64,000 nt of DNA. Source: Anaeramoeba ignava BMAN (Eukaryota > Protista > Anaeramoebae). Below are positions 53,901 to 64,000 of the stretch, in pieces. The notes below the pieces were generated by a model. The model saw nothing but the letters and a program-made list of their open reading frames with translations. It did no database searches and was not told the origin of the DNA. Position 1 is the stretch's first letter. The number at the start of each line of letters is the position of its first letter. The stretch is from contig JAPDFW010000112.1 in NCBI GenBank assembly GCA_028826165.1, forward strand, positions 120,996 to 184,995, given 5' to 3'. The position numbers were made by a program, and so were the translations under genes.

Positions 53901-56900
53901 TGAATAAATTAAATGATGGTGAAAAATAGATCTCTTGATCTCCTAATCGAATGACAACACCTCCTCCACTTTTGTGGAACTCCTTATTCAAAACTGGATT
54001 TAAAATTGGATCAATATTCTCAACATCTTGTAAAAGAATAGCTGTTCCAAATCTCAATGCACTTTCCAAATTTTTCATGAAAGAATCATCAAGGAAACTT
54101 GTTTTCGTAATTTTGGATGATTCAAATTGTCTCATTAAAAATTCAGTTGCTTGACCTGATGGATCAATAACAAGAGGATAACGATTAAATCTTGTTAAAA
54201 TGATTGCATTTTCAGTGCAAAGATCATCTGCAGGAAGAGAATTAGATTGCCAAATCAATCTATCATCAGGAACAGATAGATATTCAATTAATGATAATCC
54301 TTCTCTATATTTAATATTAACAGTCATTAAATGCTTTTTCCAAATATTCATTAATACTTGTCTGTAATGTTGATCGAAAAATCCAATGTAAGTTAAAAAG
54401 GAAGCTGAAAGTAAAACATCTCCTGGAACTGTTGACATTTGTTGCTGGAAACTCTGTGACTCCAAACTCCATCTTTCTTGTTCGCTTGATAAACTTTTCA
54501 TTAATGCAATTGATCTTTCAACTTTTTGTGAAACAAGATTCATTTCTGATTTGATTTCTTGTGTTTGGGAAATCAATTGTGCGTATTCTTCTGTATATCT
54601 TTGAATACTTTTCTCCAAATTTTCAATCATATCATTAAGTTCTTTTTGTTTATCTCTGAGTATGTTTGCTTTCTCTTCAAGTGATGCTACTTGTTTTTTC
54701 AATGGATCTACTTTCTCAAGAACAACTGAGTATTGAACTTGTGCTTCAAGCCATTTTTGCATTGGTCCACATGCTCTACTTGCTCTATTAACATTTTCAA
54801 AAGTGAATTTTGGATCGGCAAGTGCCTTGGAAACAAGATCTCTTGCTTTAGATGTCATTGAATTGGTATCAAAATTAACAACACTTGGAATAAAATCATC
54901 TTTTCTTAACAATCTTCGAATTTCTCCCCATGAAGTCTCTTTACTTCCCAAAAATTGTGAAACTGCTTGAAGAGTCATTTTAACTAATTCAGGTGGATTT
55001 GACATGGATTTTAATTCTTCTAAATGACTTTTCTTGATACTGTTAACACTTTTCTTTGCTGCTAAAACTGCAGGTTCTGCTTTTGAAAGATCATCCATTG
55101 CAATTTTTTGTTGTGCTGCAATTTCCTTGTTTTGCTCTTCCAATTTTGTTTGGATTTCAAGTGAGGCCTTTCTCTTTGCTTCTGCTTCTTGTTGATCTTT
55201 AACCATTTGTTTCAATTTAGCTTCTGCTTCTTCATTTTTGGATTCAAGTTCTTTTTCTTTTTGTTTCAATTTAAGTTGTAATTTCGCAACTTCTTCTTCA
55301 GTTTCTTTCATCTTTTTCAATCCAACATCCAAATGATGTTGTTGTTCTTCAAGAGAACTTCTTTTTTCATTGAAAAGATTCAGATAATGTGTAATGAAAT
55401 CCAAATAATGTCTTGGTGTAACATAATTACTTCTTCCTTGAGTTTTTTGCAATTTCTTTGATGATTTTTCAACACTTTTATGAATTGTAACAAAAGAACT
55501 AACAATTGATTCTCTATGATTAGGTGAATCTGGGAAATTATCTTTTGCATCAAATTCATGTGGGAAGCTAATTGGTGGGAAATAGTTTGGATTTTCCAAA
55601 TTAAGATCTTTTGTGAATTCATATCCAACTTGATACATTGCTGATGGTGACCAATCTCCAAACCAATCAAGTACACATCTGTTAAACAAAGCTGGTGAAG
55701 TTGCTGCTCGATTTGAAAAATCTCCTGTTGCTGGATTCATTGTGAAAACAATATGTAAATTGTTTTGAACTTGTTTTGTAAACCAATTAAATAATTCATC
55801 ATTTGTATCAAGAATTGCTCCATCAGATTGAGCTGCTTCTCTGCATTGATTCATTAAAGCTCCCATTTCATCTCCTTCAAATAAACCTGGTACTTCTCCA
55901 CTTGCCAATAATGCATTCATTCTTTCCAAAAATGATGTTTCAAGAATATTACTTTCATCGAAAATGAAACATATTTTTTCTCCTTTAATTCCTGCTCTTT
56001 TCATAACAACTCTAAGATCTTCATCAAAATCAAATAATGTGTATTTTCTACTAATTTTGATTTGGAAAACTGATAATCCATTCATCCAAGCAACAAATCT
56101 TGATAAAACTGTATTATGTGTAACTGTGAAATCTCCAAGTAAAAATCTTCTATTCCCATCAATTTCAAATCCACAATAATCTCCTTCTCCAATTAATTCA
56201 ACTTCAATTTCACTTTCTAAATTTGAATTTTGTATTTTATTTTGATTTCTAATTTTCTTATTTGGATTTCTAACAGGAATTTCTTCAATTTCATTTCCTG
56301 ATATTATAATTTTTTCTTTTTCTTTTTCACAAGAAAATCCAAGTGAACGTGAAATGAATTGAATATCTTTATATAATTCTTCTTGATTTTCATTAATTGG
56401 AATATTATAACAATTATTCATTTCATCATAAATTATTTCATCATTTGAATCAATTAATCCTGCCAAAATATTTAATCTTGTTTCACGATCATTAATTTTA
56501 TAACATTGAGGAATTTTAATTTCTTCATCTGATTTATTGTTTTCCATTCCAAGATAAATTCCCAAATTATAAGGATCTATTGGAATATTTGGATTTGAAT
56601 TGAATTGAATTGGAACTTTAAATCCAACATGATATTTTTTCCAAATTTGAGGTTTCTTAATATAATCAATAACAGCAATATCAATAACATCTCCTTTATG
56701 ATTATATTTTTTACTTTCCAAAATTTGATTTATAAATTTGTTTGCGAAATGAAGAGCATTTAAACTTGAAGTAAAAGATTTAGATTCAGATAATTTTCTT
56801 TTTTTACCGTAATTGAAATATTTAATTTTCTCACAATGATTTTCAAAATAAAGAACTGAATATCTTTTAAGATCTTTTTCATGATTAAGAATTGAATTGA

Positions 56901-59900
56901 TTGTTAATTTCAAAGAAAGAATATGAGGTTCATTAACAATATATTCATCACCATTTGATTGTTTTATTCGATACATATTTTCTCTTCCTTTACAAATACT
57001 TAAAACATTTCTTGGATTTGAATCATCACCCATAAGTTGATCATTAACTTTAATATTTTTAGCCAATTTTGATTTTCCATTATAAAGCATAACAGGAGTA
57101 TTTGGATCTAAGCATTTACCAGCACCACTTGATCCAATTAGCAAACAATGACCTAAAATTAAAATAAAATTAAAATAAAATTAAAATAAAATTAAAATAA
57201 AATTAAAATAAAATTAAAATAAAATTTAAATAAAATGAAAATAAAATTTAAATAAAATGAAAATAAAATTAAAATTAAAATTTAATTAAAATTAAAATAA
57301 AATTAAAATAAAATTAAAATAAAATTAAAATAAAATTAAAATAAAATTTAATTTAAATAAAATTAAAATAAAATTTAAATGAAATTAAAATAAAATTTAA
57401 ATAAAATTAAAATAAAATTTAAATAAAATTTAAATAAAATTAAAATAAAATTTAAATAAAATTTAAATAAAATTTAAATAAAATTAAAATAAAATTTAAA
57501 TAAAATTAAAATAAAATTTAAATAAAATTAAAATAAAATTTAAATAAAATTTAAATAAAATTTAAACAATATTTAAATAAAATTTAAATAAAATTAAAAT
57601 AAAATTTAAATAAAACTTAAATTGAAATTATTTTGAAATTATTTTGAAATTTACCTTGTGGTTGCTTTAATACTCGATCAATTCTTAAAATATGATCAAG
57701 TGCTTCATTAAATAATACTAATTTAACATTCAATTCTTCTTCATAAAATACTTTCAATCTGGCTTTAACATGTTCTCTTAATTTCTCTCTATCAACATCC
57801 ATATAATCCTTAGATAACCAATCACTAAATAAAATGGGTCTTTCAAGAGTTTTCTCTCGGATTCCTGGGAAATATTTCTTAGAAACTGAATCTAATTGTT
57901 CATCAGTCCAATCTCTTTCTTCTTTATAAACTAATCTATCTTGAAACAATCTTAATCCTTCATGAACAAATATTCTAACAAGTCCATCTAAATCAAGATC
58001 TCCACCTAAAGGTTTTAAAATTTCTCTGAGAGAACGAGTCCATCTACTCAATTCTCTTGGTGAATAAACATAATGAGGTTGCATATCTTGTGTGAATCTT
58101 TGTTGAGAAAGTGAATAAAATTCAACCATTGCATCTGTTAATGATCTTGCATTTGAACGAAGAGTAGGACACAATCTAAGAACTGCTCTATTAAAAGTTC
58201 CATAAATTTGTTTGAGTGAATCTGCAGAAGGATAATCAACAAGAATTACAGGTGCATGTCTAAGGAATCGATGTGATAAAGGAACTCGACCAACCATTGT
58301 TGGTGGATTACATGCTCCTACAAATTGAATTCTTCTTGTTGTTACCCATTGATAATCCGATATTCTCCAAAATCCTCCTCTTTCAACTAATTGTCTTAAA
58401 AATGTTATTACTTTTTGTGTTCCATATCGATCTTGTTTGGGAAGATTAATTTCATCACAGAAAATAACAAGCCATTTATCTAATTTTGTTGGCTCAAGAA
58501 TAACTCCATTTGGTGTTTTTTGATATTTGCAATAATGTGTTAATGTTTTCATAACTAATTCAGGTGTTGTTGCACTTGAAAAGTTAATTCCTACAACTTC
58601 AAAATTTGGTAATGATCGAAGTGTTGAATATAAAGTCATTGTGTTATGTGTTACAACAAAATTATCTGTTAAATATAATTCTTCTGGATGATCAATTGTA
58701 ATACATGTACATTCATCTTCTCCAACACATTCAATAGAAATTATTCTTCTTTCAAATACAAATGGACTTGGTTCTCCAATTTTATCTTTATTTTTGGATA
58801 ATTTGAATAATTCTTTTGGTGTTTTATAGAAAATTTTGCATAAATTTGTTTTGTTTGAATTTGTTTCAATTGAACACATTCCTCCCAATGATTGAATAAC
58901 TTTTTTAAAATCTTGTGATAATTTTGTTGATTTACATTTGAATATAATTGAGTTATCTTTATAATTAATGGATGAATTTGAATCTAATAATCCTTTAATA
59001 ATTTCCAATCTAATTTCTTTAGAATTGAAAATGTAATCTTGAGGAATAAATAATTTATCTTTTGGTTGATTTAAAAGTCCCAATTCTTCAAGTATTTCTT
59101 TATAATGATTTTGTTTTTCAATATTTTCATTTCCAATATAAATTTCTTCTTTTCCAATTAAAACTCCAAGTAAATAAGGATCAAAAGGAACATTTCTTTC
59201 CATAAATAAAATTGGTTTTGGAGTATCAATACTAAATCTAGCTCCTTTTCTTTCAGGAATAGTTGGGATAATTTGAAGATTATCAATAATTTGTTGAGTT
59301 GTAAGAACAAATTTTTGTTTTTTATAATTTGAATGATCATTAACAGTCCAAAGATGATCAGCAGAACAATCAACAAAATCTCCATCTTCAAATTTAACTC
59401 GATAAACATGAAGTTTACCTTGTGGATAAATACCAATAATTTTAGAAGTTTTTCCATCAGGAGTGCAAACTACATCTCCAATTTTTAATTTTCCATTAAT
59501 TTTAGGTCCATTTGGAGTATAAACTGTTGCTGAATTTCTAAGTGATTTACCAGATCCAGGTGGTCCACAAAGTATTAAAGGAAGATGGTCTTTAAGCCAA
59601 GAATTAACAACTTCTTCATGTCTTAAAGTATCCACAGTTGGGATAACAACATCTGAACTAGCAACCATATATGTTTCAATTTCAAGATTTGGAACTCGAT
59701 TTTTCCATAGAGCCCATTCTCCATCTTCAATTTGAACTTCAAAATCAATTAATGGATGCATTTTATCTTCAGGTCCTTGAATATCACAATTATTTAATAA
59801 AAATGTTCCAAATTCTTCTCGATCTTGTAAAGACATTGATCCTCCAAATCCCCAAATCAATGAGAAAAGTAATCTTTTTGTAACATATTTTTTGGATATG

Positions 59901-62900
59901 TTCCTTTTCCATTGAAAACCAGAATGAGTTGAATTATATTCGTGAATATGGTTTATTCCTTGATCCAAAAGTGAGAATGCTGATGTTAATGAACGAAGAT
60001 TTGTGAAATCCATTACATTTTGTTTTTTAGAAGCATAATCAATTGCTTTAATAACAACACCATTTGAATCGAAATATTTTTTTAAAGCATCAACACAAAT
60101 TTCTTGAGTTCTTAATAACTCTTCATTTTTTTCTTTTTCATCTGAAAGTTGCTCTTCAAATCCAGTTTTTTCACTTTCTAATAAAGGAACATGTTTAGTT
60201 TTTTCAAGATAATGAGCAAAATTCATATCTAATGAAATGATATCATCAGAGAACCAAACCATTCCACATCTTGAAACTGTTGCTGGTGTTGCATATCTTA
60301 AGTCTTGAACTTCAAACATTACTCTGACATTAGGAGTCAAAGCAACTCTTTCACCATTAGGCAAAGTAAGTATTTTATTATCATCAAGAACTGAATTTAA
60401 ATTCTCAACCCAAATAGAATCAACATCTCCATCAAAAATAATCCAGTGTCTCATATTTGATTCTCCTCTTACATTATCAACAATTTTCCTTAAAATATGT
60501 GTGAATATTCCATCAGTCCATTCTCTTGTTGTTGGATCAAGAACTCCGAAAAGTTCTTCTTTAGTAATAGCTTTAGGATCAATAACATGTGATTGTGATT
60601 TAATTCCTTCAACTCTTTCAAGTGCTTCCAAAAGAATTTTCCATGCTGTTGATTTTCCACTTCCTGATGGACCAACCATCATAACTCCATGATGAATTTT
60701 TTGTAATTGAAATAATTGAAGCATTTTTTCTATCCATCTGTTTCCTGGAACTAAATAATGTTTCTTGCAAATATCATAAATAACATTTCTTAATTCTGCC
60801 ATTTCTAATTCTATTGGAAGTGCTCCTGGGAATACATCTGATAATAAACTGTGTAGTAATGGAATATCATCTGCAACTAATTTTGGAATAACTGTTTCAC
60901 ATATACTTTTAATAACTACAGATTTTTCTTCTTCTCCAAGTTGTTTTTTATCTTTGACTTCATCTTGTTTTTTATCTTTAATTTCTAATCTTTTTATATT
61001 TCCTGCTGAAACTAATACACTTTTTAAAGCTCTTAATCCAAAATCATAATGTTTTTGTGGTGAAAGTTGGTCTGCACATAAATTAAATAAAGGAACAACT
61101 TTTCCTGATAATTGTTCAGCTGTTTTAAATCCTATTTTAAAATTAATTAAAATTAATTAAAATTTTATATTTTTATTTTTTATATTTTTATTTTTGTTTT
61201 TACCTTGAGAAAAAAGCATAACTTGAGCAATTAATTCTCTATCAGGTTTAACAACAGAAATTGTTCTAAATAATGTTTTTAAATTTTCTGGTAATTGAAC
61301 TCTTCCAGTATAACCAGGATTCCTAAATTAAAAAAAAATTTTTTATTTAAATAAATAAATTTTTGTGTTTTAAATTTTATATATTTTTTACATTGTAATA
61401 AAAATTCCCATATTTGGATTAATTTTAACATTTCTTCCTATCAATTCAACTTCTTTTAATTGTTCTTTTAAAGATAATTGAATTGTTTGAATTTGTTGAG
61501 AAACTGCTGATAACATTCTTTCTTCTAATCTATTAAATTCATCAAAAACATCCCCAAGCTCCACATTGACAAAGACCAACAAAAATTCTTCCCATTGCTT
61601 GGAAATCAAAATTTTCATCACAATTAAAAACCAAAACAAATCTTCCTAATTGATTTCCAAGTGCTTTAACAGTTTCTGTATTATGTGTTACAATATGATT
61701 TTCTGTGATAAATAAATGATCTGGATGATCAATTAATATGCATTGACATTCATCTTTGCAAATATATTCAATTTTGGAAACAAATCTTTCATTAATAAAT
61801 TTTTTAGATTTTTTAGCAATTAAAATTTTATCATTTAATGTGAAAAGTTTTTCTGGTTTTTCAATTTCAATTCGACAATTAAATATAATTTCCTCGTTTT
61901 GTTTTGTTCTGGAAATATAACAAATTCCTCCAAGTGATTCAATTAATTTCTTTAAATCAAATGCTAATTGTTGAGATGATGTTGAATAAATTGGTGAATT
62001 TGTTTTGGAATCAAAATATCCATTTCTATCAAGAATTCCTTGAAGTAATTGGAATCTTATTTCTTTGGAATTAAATTGAAATTCATTTGGAATAAATTTA
62101 TTTTGTGAAAGTTTTGGCATATAATCATTAATTTGATCATAATAAATTTCATAATTTCCATCAGATGTAAGATTTAATAAATGCTGAATATTTTGGAAAA
62201 TTTGTTTGTTAATTGAATTGGAAATTTTGATATTTTGGTTTTCTAATATCTTTTCATTTCCTGCAATTAAAACTCCAAAAAGATAAGGAGATATTTTGGT
62301 TTTTTGAGTTTTGAAATTTGTATATTTAGGAGTTTCTATTGAAATTTTTTCTTCTCTTCTTAAACATCTTCTCATTTCTTGAGTTGTTATAATTTTTAGA
62401 TGAATGATCAACAGACCAAAAGATGATCATCAGAACAATCAACAAAACCACCATCTTTGAAATGAACTCTAAAAACACCAATTTTACCTTGAGGATAAAC
62501 AGCAAGAATTTTTAGCAAATTTTCCATCAGGGAGTACAAACTTCATCACCAATTTGTAAATCACCATTTAATTTAGGACCATTTGGAGTATAAACTATAG
62601 TTGAATTTCTTAAAGATTTACCAGTTCCAGCAGGACCAGCAGGAGCACCACCTTTTTATTTATTAAAAAATATTTATATTAATTTATATTTTAAATTTAT
62701 TTAAATATTTTTATATTTTATTTACCTAATCGCAAATTTAATGCTTGTGTTAATGTAAGATAACATCGATCTGTAAGTGGTGTTTGTACTAATTTATCAA
62801 CAACTCCTAAATATTCAAATCCATATGCAAATGATGCATTTGCAATTGAAATCATTAATTTCGTTTCATGACTTTCCTTTTCATTCCAATAAAATCTCAT

Positions 62901-64000
62901 TTCTTCAGTCCATGCAAAATCTTTTAGGGTTTTTACACCAGCTTGAATCAATCTTCTAATAACATCTCTTTGATGAATTAATTCAATAATTAAATGTTCA
63001 TATTTCTTTCTTGTAATTGGTTGTAAATCAAAAAGAACATTAAAAGCTAACAAATCTAAAATATTTCCAATCCAATCAAGTGTTTGTTTAAGGAAAACTT
63101 GACTATTATTTGAAAGTGCATTTTCAACTTTTTGTGTCCAAATTACTTTAATAGTAAGAACTATAATTTGAGCAGGTGTTGTTTCAACCCATTTTAAAAA
63201 GAGATCCTTATCAAGTTCATCTTTTGAAGATAATTGAATAAATTCTCTTAATGAAATATCCAAACAATTTCCCAAAGAAACTCTCATTTGATTTTCAACC
63301 ATATTCAGCCATTCATGAATTTTGGAAATTTCTTTATATTTAACAGGATCTGGAAAGTTAATTTCTTCATGTTCTCTTGATAACATCCCAATAATTGATG
63401 TTTCATCATCACTTAATTTAAGTAAAGCAATTCCTGCAAACATTTTCCTTAAATGTCTTTGTATTTTAACTACATCTTTGCTGTGTCCAATAATTTCCAA
63501 AAGATCTTCATCTCCAACAAAATAAAATCTTGGGAAAGCTGATCTTTGTTTTTCTAGATATTCACCAAGAGCCTTTTGAACTTTGGAAAGCATATCAGAT
63601 AATCTTTCCAATGTGTGTTGAAGACCTTGAATATTGAGAACATCAAGAATATGAGGTGATTTGGCGACTTTTTTCATCATGATGAGGAAATCATTATCAA
63701 TAGTTTTGAATTTGGATGATTCTTGAGGTAATAATTGTTGGATATCACTACTTCCACAAAATACTCCTTCTAAATAAACCCATTTTCTTTGAACATCAAT
63801 CCATGTATCAAAAAGTAAATGTAATCTGTTTAATTTATCTTCCCACGCAATTGCTTCTTCTTCAAATACTTTTATAAAATGGAGAGTTTTCATTGCGACA
63901 AGTGAATTTAGAGAATCAGAAATTTTGGTAAATAAATCATCCCATCCTTTAATCAGTTTACATTTATTCTGGTAATTCACGAGATCAAGGATGTAGTTTT
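50904..64000 (-). CDS. DYNC1H1: Cytoplasmic dynein heavy chain (motor domain; 5' part outside window), interrupted by three inteins
   Basis: [47 protein letters not shown], four P-loops, stalk/MTBD ([14 protein letters not shown]), AAA5-6 and C-terminal [13 protein letters not shown]. Introns 62652..62725, 61323..61391, 61132..61203 and 57153..57654. Apparent homopolymer frameshifts near 61545 and 52980. Confidence 0.95.
56113..57114 (-). mobile_element. Intein 3 in the dynein AAA4 Walker A (GSSGAGK|intein|TVLSRFVAW), 334 aa, degenerate LAGLIDADG domain
   Basis: In-frame 1002-nt insert: [13 protein letters not shown]...VNEPHILSL...[10 protein letters not shown]...[10 protein letters not shown]...[22 protein letters not shown]|T. 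Removing it restores [16 protein letters not shown]. Confidence 0.97.
57155..57615. repeat. 11-bp minisatellite (TAAAATAAAAT) filling dynein intron 57153..57654
   Basis: A period-11 repeat is directly visible. Confidence 0.9.
58643..59545 (-). mobile_element. Intein 2 in the dynein AAA3 Walker A (GPPGSGK|intein|TMTL), 301 aa, degenerate LAGLIDADG domain
   Basis: In-frame 903-nt insert: [13 protein letters not shown]...CSADHLW...[10 protein letters not shown]...[10 protein letters not shown]...FVVTHN|T. Removing it restores the canonical GPPGSGKTMTL. Confidence 0.96.
61680..62616 (-). mobile_element. Intein 1 in the dynein AAA1 Walker A (GPAGTGK|intein|TETVKALG), ~311 aa, degenerate LAGLIDADG domain
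   Basis: Starts [13 protein letters not shown], has block B CSDDHLW, ends HIVTHN followed by Thr. Endonuclease-like blocks are YLFGVLIAG and [10 protein letters not shown]. Four +1 homopolymer insertions in ~62395-62532 must be removed (937-4=933 nt). Confidence 0.92.

Noticed and set aside
56113-57114. Hedgehog/Hint autoprocessing domain or group I intron ORF instead of an intein
   Set aside because: The insert is in frame, flanked on both sides by contiguous dynein sequence, and ends in His-Asn followed by Thr, as canonical inteins do.
62395-62535. Frameshifts and stops in intein 1 suggesting a dead intein or pseudogenised dynein
   Set aside because: All four are +1 bases in homopolymers. 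The same error type occurs in conserved exteins (~61545, ~52980, and compensating pairs near 59890-59915 and 63875-63890) and in most other genes, so assembly error is more likely.

Overview
Extremely AT-rich eukaryotic (protist-like) genomic DNA with GT-AG introns, Asn/Gln/Glu low-complexity coding tracts and many minisatellites. The standout is a cytoplasmic dynein heavy chain gene (minus strand, 50904 to beyond 64000) carrying three inteins with degenerate LAGLIDADG-type domains. Each is inserted between Lys and Thr of the Walker A motif of AAA1, AAA3 and AAA4, while the non-hydrolytic AAA2 P-loop is empty. The AAA1 and AAA3 inteins are close paralogs starting with Ser, suggesting intein movement within one gene. 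The window also holds two EPG5-like genes, a giant GBP/atlastin-like GTPase with Cys/His repeats and a VWA-like domain, a CH-PH protein, an AGC kinase with HGD/DFD motifs, an RCC1-BTB gene plus a partial duplicate, a CARMIL-like LRR gene, two tandem TehA/SLAC1-family transporters and a TPR protein. An intron-containing tRNA-Ser sits at the end of a 15-copy ~172-bp array that carries eroded tRNA 5' ends. Many single-base frameshifts in homopolymers look like assembly errors. Composition and intein richness recall Anaeramoeba, but this is inference. Family assignments come from motif recognition only; no searches were run.
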